Under the pieces are notes generated by a model. The model was not told the origin of the DNA, searched no databases, and saw only the letters and a list, made by a program, of their open reading frames with translations. A DNA stretch of 43,783 nt from Bacteroidota bacterium (lineage in GTDB: Bacteria > Bacteroidota > Rhodothermia > Balneolales > Balneolaceae), in NCBI GenBank assembly GCA_051746765.1, contig JBNJFK010000001.1:1-43783 (forward strand), in the 5' to 3' direction. Below, piece after piece: positions 8,836-17,007 of the stretch; position 1 is the stretch's first letter, and each line of letters opens with the position of its first letter. The translations under genes and the position numbers were made by a program.

Positions 8836-10130
8836 GACCGATTCGTACCCTTACAATCTTGTTCTTCTTTCTTCCCCTTCCACTCTGGGCACAACAGGAT
8901 TACGAGGCACAACGACAAGCCCTCCAGCAGGAGCAGGAGCAGGCACGAGAAAGAATCGAATCCATCGAAGAGCAGATCGAATTGGTTGAATCCCGCCTCC
9001 AGCAAACCCGAACACGTTATGAGGAGGTGTTCCAGCAGTACGAAGAACAGGCGAGACTGGTCGCTCTACAGGGGGAACAGATTCGTGAAATGGAGCAGGA
9101 ACAAAGTCAGGTTGAGCAGGAAATTCGATTGATCCGCGGAAATCTCGACGAGCTTGAAACCGAGTTGAACCGATTAATCCGTGAATATCAACAGACCCTT
9201 CGATATCTCTACAAACACGGACGTGCAACAGAGTTGGCACTCATTCTCACCTCATCCTCCATCAACCAGTTACTAATTCGATCGGCGTACTTGGCTCGTT
9301 TCAATTCATTTCGTGCGACTCAGGAAGAGGAGATTCGAACCCAACAGGATGCGTACGAGGCTACGTTGGTGGAACTTCGCGAAACCGAACGCGAGAATGA
9401 TGAACAGCTTGCGCAAATTCGGGAGCAACGTGCCCGACAGCAAGAGAGCGAACGCGAGCTCGAACAACAGGCCACCGAATTGCGAGAGGATCGTGAATCT
9501 CTATCGGAACAACTCTCTCGGGTTCAACGGGAACAGCAGGACCTGAATCAAACATTGAGTGAACTGATTGAACGTGAAGAGGCGATCCGCATTGAAGAAG
9601 AGGAGCGACAACGTCAGCTTGCCGCCGCCGAAACGATTGAGGATCCGGAGGAGAGGGAAGCCGTCGTGGCCCGGCTCGAGCGCCCGCGACGCACCGTCTC
9701 GAATGATGAATTGGCACAATTCGAAGCATCCTTTCGCTCTGACCGAAATCAACTTCCCTGGCCTGTCAGCGGTGGAACGGTAACCGAATCCTTTGGCGAG
9801 CGGGTCCATCCGGTATTTGGGACCCGAACCAATAATCCGGGAATTGACATTTCGGTTCCGCCTGCATCTCCGGTCGACGTCATTAACAATGGATATGTAT
9901 TCGCTGTACAACCTCTACCGGGGTTCGGAGACGTCGTAATGGTTCATCACGGCCGTTACAAAACCGTCTACGGAAATCTGAGTGAAATTTATGTCTCGAG
10001 AGGGCAAGTATTGGAGCGTGGAGATACGCTTGGTCGTTCCGGAGATGAAAACTCGATCCGGGGCCCCGTACTCTTCTTCATGATACGGGACGGGAACCAA
10101 AACGTGAATCCGGAACGATGGCTCCAATAG
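8832..10130 (+). CDS. EnvC-like murein hydrolase activator (long coiled coil plus a degenerate LytM/M23 domain)
   Basis: Signal peptide, about 270 aa of Q/E-rich coiled coil, then a C-terminal M23 fold. The metal ligands are replaced: NPGIDI (not HxGxD), YGNLS (not YxHL), PVLFFMIRDG (not PHLHFE). Confidence 0.85.
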   Translation: MRPIRTLTILFFFLPLPLWAQQDYEAQRQALQQEQEQARERIESIEEQIELVESRLQQTRTRYEEVFQQYEEQARLVALQGEQIREMEQEQSQVEQEIRLIRGNLDELETELNRLIREYQQTLRYLYKHGRATELALILTSSSINQLLIRSAYLARFNSFRATQEEEIRTQQDAYEATLVELRETERENDEQLAQIREQRARQQESERELEQQATELREDRESLSEQLSRVQREQQDLNQTLSELIEREEAIRIEEEERQRQLAAAETIEDPEEREAVVARLERPRRTVSNDELAQFEASFRSDRNQLPWPVSGGTVTESFGERVHPVFGTRTNNPGIDISVPPASPVDVINNGYVFAVQPLPGFGDVVMVHHGRYKTVYGNLSEIYVSRGQVLERGDTLGRSGDENSIRGPVLFFMIRDGNQNVNPERWLQ

Positions 10131-10216
10131 TCTTCCGGGGTGGTACTTCCGGCACGAATTGCCTCGATCTTTTTGTATTTTCCGGTCCAATTTGAAAATG
10201 AACCCCGATATTCCGC

Positions 10217-10630
10217 ATGGACGACGGCGCACGTATATTTGCCTACACAACCTGGATTTTGATGGCCTCATTGGCGGTGATTGTCTTCTCTAATCCGCTC
10301 ATGTCGTTTCTCTACACACCCGGGTGGGCAGCGGGTATCATTCTTCTGCTTTTGGCTGTCGTCTACGGCAGTCTTTCACGAACCGTAAGCAAACGATACA
10401 TCCGCAAATGTCCACCGGGATCGGGCGACCCTTGGTGGATCGCCGCACTCGTCTGGGCGCCACCCGTCGGATGGGTGACTCTGACAGAGACGAGCGGAAC
10501 CTTGTCTGTTTCGGTTGCGTTGATCACGGGAACCGCTATCTACATCGGATTTACAAAAGGTCTCCGAGCCGGTCGACGTCAACGAAACGAGTGGCTCGCC
10601 ACATCGGCCCGAGAGGCTGAATCTCCATAG
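10217..10630 (+). CDS. Hypothetical integral membrane protein (about 4 TM)
   Basis: ATG start, 137 aa, with four hydrophobic segments (WILMASLAVIVF, AAGIILLLLAVVYG, WWIAALVWAPPVGWV, VSVALITGTAIYIGF). I recognise no family. Confidence 0.5.
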   Translation: MDDGARIFAYTTWILMASLAVIVFSNPLMSFLYTPGWAAGIILLLLAVVYGSLSRTVSKRYIRKCPPGSGDPWWIAALVWAPPVGWVTLTETSGTLSVSVALITGTAIYIGFTKGLRAGRRQRNEWLATSAREAESP

Positions 10631-10658
10631 GTCATCACCGACAATCAATTTGCAACAC

Positions 10659-11621
10659 ATGGTACTCATTATTGGTGCAGGCCCGATCGGCCTTGCAACC
10701 GGCATCGAACTCAAAAGACGCAATATCCCGTTCCTGATCCTCGAGAAGGGGGCGTTGACAAACTCCATTTACCACTATCCGGTCAATATGACCTTCTTCT
10801 CCACATCGGAGAAGCTGGAAATCGGAGATGTTCCGTTCATTTCTCACGGCCCGAAACCCACCCGGAGTGAAGCACTCGAATACTATCGTAGGGTCGCCGA
10901 AAAGTGGGAGCTGCCCATCCACCTCTATGAGAAGGTCACGTCCTTGAAAGGGGAAGAAGGAAACTTCACAGTAATTACGGATAAATCGACCTACCGCGCC
11001 GACCATGTCGTCGTTGCCACCGGTTTTTACGGTGTCCCTAAACGGATGAATGTACCCGGAGAGGACCTTCCGAAAGTGAGCCACTACTACAAAGAACCAC
11101 ACCCGTATGCCTGGCAAAATGTGCTCGTCGTCGGTGCCGGAAATTCCGGTGTGGATGTGGCACTGGAGACGTGGAGATGCAATGCCAATGTCACCATGGC
11201 GATCCGGGACAACTCCATCAAGGAGACGGTCAAATACTGGGTTCGGCCCGACATAGAAAACCGGATCAAAAACGGCGAAATCAATGCCTACTTCAACAGT
11301 AGTGTCAAAGAGATTCGGGAAGCCGAGGTAGATCTTGAGACACCGGATGGCATAAAGACGATTCCGAACGATTTTGTATTGGCCATGACCGGGTATCTTC
11401 CCCACTTCGAGTTCATGGAGACGCTGGGGATTGAACTCTCGAAAGACGATCAGCGAAAACCGGATTTTGACGAGAATTCGCTCGAAACCAACCGGCAGGG
11501 AATCTATGTTGCCGGTGTGGTATGCGGAGGTATGGACACGAGCAGTCTCTTTATTGAAAACTCTCGTGTGCACGCTGTCCGGATCGCAGAGTCGATTAAA
11601 AGTCGTCAAATCGAGAAATGA
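10659..11621 (+). CDS. ypdA: YpdA-family putative bacillithiol disulfide reductase (FAD/NAD(P)-binding)
   Basis: ATG at 10659 (the track start at 10650 is TTG). It has VLIIGAGPIGLA, then the YpdA-typical SIYHYPVNMTFFSTSEKLEIGDVPFIS and a second dinucleotide fold VLVVGAGNSGVD. Confidence 0.8.
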   Translation: MVLIIGAGPIGLATGIELKRRNIPFLILEKGALTNSIYHYPVNMTFFSTSEKLEIGDVPFISHGPKPTRSEALEYYRRVAEKWELPIHLYEKVTSLKGEEGNFTVITDKSTYRADHVVVATGFYGVPKRMNVPGEDLPKVSHYYKEPHPYAWQNVLVVGAGNSGVDVALETWRCNANVTMAIRDNSIKETVKYWVRPDIENRIKNGEINAYFNSSVKEIREAEVDLETPDGIKTIPNDFVLAMTGYLPHFEFMETLGIELSKDDQRKPDFDENSLETNRQGIYVAGVVCGGMDTSSLFIENSRVHAVRIAESIKSRQIEK

Positions 11622-11690
11622 CGACCGCATTCACCCCTGCGAAGAGGCTCCTGCTCTTATAAAGGAGAAAAGAGCGCTTTGAAGAATGGA

Positions 11691-11717
11691 AAACAAAAAA
11701 AGAGGGGCAAGCACCCC
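11691..11717 (-). terminator. Possible weak intrinsic terminator downstream of tRNA-Ala
   Basis: On the minus strand the sequence reads GGGG-TGCTTG-CCCC followed by TCTTTTTTTGTTTT. The stem is only 4 bp. Confidence 0.35.
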
Positions 11718-11804
11718 ATATCACGCCGCTACGACCTTCTACCGCTGCTGTCTTCCGACCCTGACGGAATTCAAAGGGAGCTGGCTGCATGGGACCTGCC
11801 CCAG

Positions 11805-11878
11805 TGGAGCTACGGGGATTCGAACCCCGGACCTTCGCGCTGCCAGCGCGACGCTCTAGCCAGCTGAGCTATAGCCCC
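11805..11878 (-). tRNA. tRNA-Ala (anticodon GGC)
   Basis: The reverse complement is GGGGCTATAGCTCAGCTGGCTAGAGCGTCGCGCTGGCAGCGCGAAGGTCCGGGGTTCGAATCCCCGTAGCTCCA, a 74-nt cloverleaf. The anticodon loop is CTGGCAG, the G3:U70 Ala identity pair is present, the T-loop is GGTTCGAATCC, and CCA is not encoded. Confidence 0.95.
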
Positions 11879-12163
11879 AATCACAGACCCCAAATATAAC
11901 GTCCTTTGCAGATAGTTACCAATCTCTCACGACCCTTTTTTCTATACTGAAAGGAGGAAGTATCCCCTCTCTCTCTTTACAATGATCCCGTATTTTTTTA
12001 TTTAGCGACAAAACAGGCAGTCACGGGCGTTGTCTGAAATGAATCTGAATAAAATCGAGAGAAGTGTAGCACCTTAACGCAATTCGCTCTATTTTCATTT
12101 AGACATCATGAAATTAAATAATATTTTTTAATCCGTTTTCTCCTAACTCAAAGCTAACAGACT

Positions 12164-12703
12164 ATGACCAGATCGATTAATTTATTCCTTATTTCAAGCC
12201 TGATGGTCGGAGTGCTCTTCATGAGTGTCGGTTGCCGAACCACAGAAGAAGTTACCGAACCGGAAGTTGAGCAAGAAGAGCCTGAAGAGGAGCTTGATGA
12301 TGAAGTAGGATTTGTTGAAGAAGAGCCGGAACCAGAGCCGGACCACATTGAAGAGCTGACATCGGTCAACTTCAACTTTGACAAATCTGACATCACAGAT
12401 CGTGCATCTCGTATGTTGGCTGATAATGTGCAGCAGCTTCGTGACAACCCGGATGTACGTGTACGGGTAGATGCCTATACTGACCATGTCGGTGGTGACC
12501 AGTACAACGTTCGACTGAGTGTTCGACGGGCCGAGTCTGTTGCGAACTTCTACCGAACGAACGGAATCAGCTCTGACCGAATCGAAACCCGGGGACTGGG
12601 CAAGCATCCTGTACCCTGTACTGAAGAAGAAGCCGATGATGGCGGACCTGGCTGTGAAAAGAATCGGGTTGCCGATTCCCACCCGATCAATCCGTCATAC
12701 TGA
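12164..12703 (+). CDS. OmpA-family peptidoglycan-associated lipoprotein (Pal-like)
   Basis: Lipobox FMSVGC and an acidic linker. The OmpA_C domain reads NFNFDKSDI...VRVDAYTDHVGGDQYNVRLSVRRAESV...RIETRGLG. Confidence 0.85.
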   Translation: MTRSINLFLISSLMVGVLFMSVGCRTTEEVTEPEVEQEEPEEELDDEVGFVEEEPEPEPDHIEELTSVNFNFDKSDITDRASRMLADNVQQLRDNPDVRVRVDAYTDHVGGDQYNVRLSVRRAESVANFYRTNGISSDRIETRGLGKHPVPCTEEEADDGGPGCEKNRVADSHPINPSY

Positions 12704-12743
12704 TCGACTAAAGATTTGAACGTTCCCAACGGAACGGGATTTT

Positions 12744-12785
12744 AAAAAGGCGTACGATTCACTGAATCGTACGCCTTTTTTGTTT
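12744..12785. terminator. Bidirectional rho-independent terminator between convergent pal-like and ABC ATPase genes
   Basis: An 11-bp perfect stem (GGCGTACGATT / AATCGTACGCC) with a 5-nt loop, flanked by A5 upstream and T6 downstream. Confidence 0.8.
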
Positions 12786-12825
12786 ACATCCAATTTTGTT
12801 TCTATCCGATCGCAACAAACCGTAA

Positions 12826-13893
12826 TCAAAGAGTAGCAGAGCTCATCACGGATTCGCTCTCTTCGTCCAGGACAACAGCTGGCTCAAGCGGCCGCATCAC
12901 AACAGCGTCGTCGGTATTGAAAAGGACTCGATTATCGGTGTGAACGATATATTTTTCACCCTTGAAGAGAACATGGTAGGTAATATCGTGCCCCTTGAAC
13001 TCCCGCCCGATAATTAATCCGGTCGGGGTATCCGAATTCACATCCGGAGCTTCAATTGTCAAATGTTCGGGACGAATGGAGCAGACGACTCGACCGCACG
13101 CTTCACAATCCAGATCTACAGGCCCGATCGATGTTTCCACTTGGCGGGAACCGACAGCTTCCGCCTCCAATAGATTGGTTCGACCCAAAAATTGAGCGAC
13201 AAAACGAGTTTTGGGCTTGTAATACACTTCTTCAGGTACCCCGATCTGTTCGATTCTCCCCTGATTCATAACGGCGATCCTGTCAGCGAACGAGAGCGCT
13301 TCTTCTTGGTCGTGGGTTACAAGCACCGCACTCATTCCCGCCTTTTTCAGGATTGATCGAACCTCTTTTCGGGTTGAGTCACGGAGCATCGCATCCAAAT
13401 TGGAAAACGGCTCATCAAGCAGCACCAGATTGGGCTTCGGAGCGATGGCACGGGCCAATGCAACTCGCTGCTGCTGTCCTCCTGAAAGCTCTGCGGGACT
13501 ACGATCCTTGTAATCCCCCATGCCGGTACGGCAAAGGACCTCCTCGGCAAAGACCTCTCTCTTGTGACGCGGCAAGTGCTGAAGCCCGAATGCCACATTG
13601 TGAAGGGCAGACATGTGGGGAAAGAGGGCATAGTCCTGAAATACAAACCCGATTCCACGCTGTTGAGGAGGAACAAACTGTCCCTGTCCCGTCAACAGTC
13701 GACCCTCTAATACCACCTCGCCCTCTTCCGGTACTTCGAATCCCGAAATCAGCCGTAACGTCGTTGTTTTTCCACAACCACTGGGACCGAGAAGAGCAAA
13801 AATCTCGTTCTCTTGGACCTCGAAAGAGACCCTGTCTACGACAGGATTCCCTTTTTCGAATGATTTAACAAGATTATGTACTTCAAGAAGCAT
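12826..13893 (-). CDS. ABC transporter ATP-binding protein (PotA/FbpC-type importer ATPase with a TOBE-like C-terminal domain)
   Basis: The ATG at 13893 (MLLEVHNLVKSF) fits ABC N-termini. It has Walker A GPSGCGKTT, signature LSGGQQQRVALARA, Walker B LVLLDEPFSNLD and an H-loop VTHDQEEA. No permease or binding-protein gene is nearby. Confidence 0.9.
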   Translation of the reverse strand: MLLEVHNLVKSFEKGNPVVDRVSFEVQENEIFALLGPSGCGKTTTLRLISGFEVPEEGEVVLEGRLLTGQGQFVPPQQRGIGFVFQDYALFPHMSALHNVAFGLQHLPRHKREVFAEEVLCRTGMGDYKDRSPAELSGGQQQRVALARAIAPKPNLVLLDEPFSNLDAMLRDSTRKEVRSILKKAGMSAVLVTHDQEEALSFADRIAVMNQGRIEQIGVPEEVYYKPKTRFVAQFLGRTNLLEAEAVGSRQVETSIGPVDLDCEACGRVVCSIRPEHLTIEAPDVNSDTPTGLIIGREFKGHDITYHVLFKGEKYIVHTDNRVLFNTDDAVVMRPLEPAVVLDEESESVMSSATL

Positions 13894-14128
13894 GATTCGG
13901 CCAGACTCTGAAGCCCGAAGGCGGACTTTATTTATACCAAGTCTACATAAAATACGACTATTTCCCGGTTGTGGAAACCCTCGATTGCCCTCCTCCTGGT
14001 TGCACGCGTTTTGCAGGTCGCCCAAATCTGTCTGGAACCCATCGCTCATCCTTGTGTTAAATCGTGTAATCGTTTAAGTTGATTCCAGAAACACGGAAAA
14101 AGCCCTCCATCATATAATCCGATCGGAT

Positions 14129-14656
14129 ATGAATCCAAGACGCTACATCCCGTACCTTCCTCTCGCGCTGATTCTGTTTGCCGTGAGTTGTGGTCCCAGC
14201 CAAGAAGAGATCCAGCAACAACAAGAAGCGGAGCAACAGGCACGACTCGACTCTCTGGAACGTGTATGGGAAGAGGAGATGGAACAGATGCGCCAAGATA
14301 GTTTGGCTCAGGTCGAGCAGGAACGTCTGGAGCAGGAAGCAGCCGAAGCCGAAGAAGAGGAAGAGTCCGACAGTGAAGAATCTCTCGAAATCACATGGCA
14401 AACGAATGGTTCATTTACCGTGCAGGTACGGTCCTGGAGAAGTGAAGAACGTGCAGAAAAGCACGCCAATCAGTGGAAAGAGCGGGGCTATCCGAATGCA
14501 TATATCGTGAAACACGGCGATGAATCGGTGGGAGATGTCTGGTTCCGTGTGCGATTAGGAAATGTTGGAAGTTATGCCATGGCAAAAAGATTGCAGGAAA
14601 AGATCCGTCAGGAACATGGAGCGGACTCCTGGATTGCGAACAGCGATGAATCGTGA
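14129..14656 (+). CDS. SPOR-domain lipoprotein
   Basis: Lipobox LFAVSC and a Q/E-rich linker. The C-terminal SPOR-like repeat reads FTVQVRSWRSEERAEKHANQWKERGYPNAYIV...WFRVRLGNVGSYAMAKRLQEKI. Confidence 0.8.
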   Translation: MNPRRYIPYLPLALILFAVSCGPSQEEIQQQQEAEQQARLDSLERVWEEEMEQMRQDSLAQVEQERLEQEAAEAEEEEESDSEESLEITWQTNGSFTVQVRSWRSEERAEKHANQWKERGYPNAYIVKHGDESVGDVWFRVRLGNVGSYAMAKRLQEKIRQEHGADSWIANSDES

Positions 14657-14726
14657 TTTGTAGATAAGCTATTTATTTTACTAATTTTAAGAGCGCTCAA
14701 GTAGCGTCTCTCTTGATGAATAGTCA

Positions 14727-14766
14727 GGGCAACACACCTGAACCGTGTGTTGCCCTCTTTTTTTTT
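14727..14766 (+). terminator. Rho-independent terminator after the SPOR gene
   Basis: An 11-bp stem (GGGCAACACAC / GTGTGTTGCCC) with a 7-nt loop, followed by TCTTTTTTTTT. Confidence 0.85.
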
Positions 14767-14900
14767 ATAAGCTTTCCGACTGTTCTCCAACTACCACCCC
14801 AATCTGTACTCTTCCCGGTAGCTGTTGACAAACATTCTGTTTCGGCCTACATGTCAGAAGCTCTATATTCGAACAGACCTCGCATTGAGTGACAACACGT

Positions 14901-15266
14901 ATGAAATCGTTTCATCTGGAGCACCGGACAGACGGTCCGGTAGACATTTTCCAAATTGAAGGTGAACTCGGCACCGAGTCTGCCTACACTCTCGAAGCAG
15001 CCCTTCTCGAACAGATGCGAAACGGACGATACTGCTTCGTTATCAACGCCCGGAAACTGGAACAGATCGCCAGTACCGGTCTGGGCATGTTCATGGCGAG
15101 AATCGAAGAGATCCGTACCCACGACGGGGATATCAAGTTTTGTAACTTGCGTCGCCGTGTATATCATGTTTTTGACCTCTTGGGGTATCCGGATTTTTTC
15201 GAGATTCTCGATAGTGAAGAGCAAGCAGTCCAACTCTTTTTGAACCGGGAGGAGACTCGTGACTAA
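14901..15266 (+). CDS. STAS-domain anti-sigma-factor antagonist-like protein
   Basis: ATG at 14901 (the track start at 14889 is GTG). The SpoIIAA/RsbV-like layout has the conserved phospho-acceptor region IASTGLGMF and a C-terminal VFDLLGYPDFFEI. Confidence 0.8.
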   Translation: MKSFHLEHRTDGPVDIFQIEGELGTESAYTLEAALLEQMRNGRYCFVINARKLEQIASTGLGMFMARIEEIRTHDGDIKFCNLRRRVYHVFDLLGYPDFFEILDSEEQAVQLFLNREETRD

Positions 15267-17007
15267 AGGCTCGATATCCAACGGAAGGGAGGAGACCCAA
15301 TTCCAGCTCCGGACTCTACTGGAGACCAGCCGTCTACTCATTGAATCACGTGACATTGACGTCATTCTGGACAACCTTCTTCACATCACCATGGACAAGA
15401 TGAGGGTGCCGCGAGGTGCCGTTTTGCTCTATGATCAAAAACGAAGAGATTATCGCCTCACACGAATCAAGGGGCACGCCTCCATGCTGGAGGAGGATCG
15501 CCTCACACTCCCCTGGAAACACAACGAATACGAACCGATTGTTGTAGATCCCATGTCGCTGGGCCTACCCTATCCGGAACTTTTTGTGGGCAAAAACCGC
15601 GGGCTATTTTTTAATCTTCGCACAAGTGATCACCATCTCGGATACCTATATCTCGGGCGCAAGGGGAACGACGGAATTCTCAATAACCAAGAGATCGACT
15701 TTGTCGAAAGCCTCAGCATCATCTCTGCAGTAGCCATCTCCAACTCACGACTGTTCGGAGACATGCACAAGATGAACCGGAAGTTGGACCGCCGGGTATT
15801 CGAACTCAATACACTGTTTGAACTGTCAAAAGATTTCAGTTTCTCAATCAGCCGCAAGGAGATTGCCGGCACCTTCAAATTCGCACTCCTGGGCCACCTG
15901 ATGGTTCGGAAATTTTTTCTTCTCTTTTTGATCGACGGAGTACCCACCGTCATGTCATCCAGTGGGCTCACCCGTATGCCCTCCCAGCAAGAACGCGAAG
16001 AGATCTTTGATCTACCCCAAGAGCTTCTTCGCGTCCAGCCCCACCAGCATGAAACATTTGGCTTTTTGAACGAAAACAAGATCGCGACCCTCGTCGCGCT
16101 TCGACTTCAAGGGGAGAAGGTGGCCGTCATCGGTGTCAGTGACAAGGCAACCGGCCAACCACTCTCGAAAACCAGCCTTCACTTTTTACAATCCCTCGGT
16201 AATTTGGCTGTTCTATCCATCCAAAAATCCGTGTTTCTCGAAGAGCGAATCGAGACGGAGCGGCTGGAGAAAGAGCTCCTCATTGCCAAAGAAGTGCAGA
16301 ACGGTCTTTTTCCGGATCATCTTCCGAAGGTTCCGGGTTTGAACATCTCGGCTCGCAATGTTCCTTCCCAGCACGTCGGCGGCGACTATTTCGATGTGGT
16401 TCCCTCACCAGACGGCAATCACATTCTGGCTATCGGGGACGTTTCGGGCAAAGGGTTTCCTGCCGCTCTGCTAATGGCCAACCTTCAATCCATGCTTCAT
16501 GTACTTTTGCCAGTTCCAATCTCGTTGAGCGAGGCAACCGGCCGAATCAACAATCTCATTTTCCATAATACACCCAGCGATCGATTTGTCACCTTTTTTT
16601 GGGCCAAATATTTCCATAATGAGCGCCGGCTTCGATATATCAATGCCGGTCACAACCCGCCTTTGCTTCTGAAAAAGCAGTCGAATGAAGTTGCCGAACT
16701 GCGTGAAGGCGGAATGATCCTGGGTGTAGTCCCGACGGTGACACCTTATGAAGAGACCGATGTGCAACTGGAGGAGGGAGATTTGTTGGTCTGCTTTACA
16801 GACGGTATCACGGAGGCGTTCAACGAGAAGGATGAAGAGTACGGGAAACAGCGACTGATCGACTTGTTGTATCGGGTTCGCGACAAGTCGCCACAGAACA
16901 TCATGGATGCCATCATTCAGGACGTCAACCGCTTCTCCAACCACGTTCAAGCAGACGACTTTACGCTGATTGTCGTCAAGGGAACGCCAGAAGGCCGGCA
17001 CCCATAA
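15259..17007 (+). CDS. GAF-domain-containing PP2C (SpoIIE/RsbU-family) serine phosphatase
   Basis: GTG start at 15259 with GGGAGGAG at 15247..15254, overlapping the STAS stop by 8 nt. There are two N-terminal GAF-like regions. The C-terminal PP2C motifs are HVGGDYFDV, AIGDVSGKGFPAALLMA, CFTDGITEA and ADDFTLIVVK. Confidence 0.85.
   Translation: MTKGSISNGREETQFQLRTLLETSRLLIESRDIDVILDNLLHITMDKMRVPRGAVLLYDQKRRDYRLTRIKGHASMLEEDRLTLPWKHNEYEPIVVDPMSLGLPYPELFVGKNRGLFFNLRTSDHHLGYLYLGRKGNDGILNNQEIDFVESLSIISAVAISNSRLFGDMHKMNRKLDRRVFELNTLFELSKDFSFSISRKEIAGTFKFALLGHLMVRKFFLLFLIDGVPTVMSSSGLTRMPSQQEREEIFDLPQELLRVQPHQHETFGFLNENKIATLVALRLQGEKVAVIGVSDKATGQPLSKTSLHFLQSLGNLAVLSIQKSVFLEERIETERLEKELLIAKEVQNGLFPDHLPKVPGLNISARNVPSQHVGGDYFDVVPSPDGNHILAIGDVSGKGFPAALLMANLQSMLHVLLPVPISLSEATGRINNLIFHNTPSDRFVTFFWAKYFHNERRLRYINAGHNPPLLLKKQSNEVAELREGGMILGVVPTVTPYEETDVQLEEGDLLVCFTDGITEAFNEKDEEYGKQRLIDLLYRVRDKSPQNIMDAIIQDVNRFSNHVQADDFTLIVVKGTPEGRHP

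Noticed and set aside
10635-11630. 331-aa minus-strand ORF
   Set aside because: It is antisense to the YpdA-family gene, whose plus-strand translation has clear dinucleotide-binding and family motifs. The antisense product has no recognisable features.
13894-14049. N-terminal extensions of track ORFs (ABC ATPase here; also ileS 6460..6564, pyrB 26570..26671, dipeptidase 36949..37176, batD 34587..34658, lipoprotein 7873..8103)
   Set aside because: The extensions start at non-ATG codons or overlap upstream genes. They do not resemble the conserved family N-termini, whereas internal ATGs give canonical N-termini, signal peptides or SD motifs.
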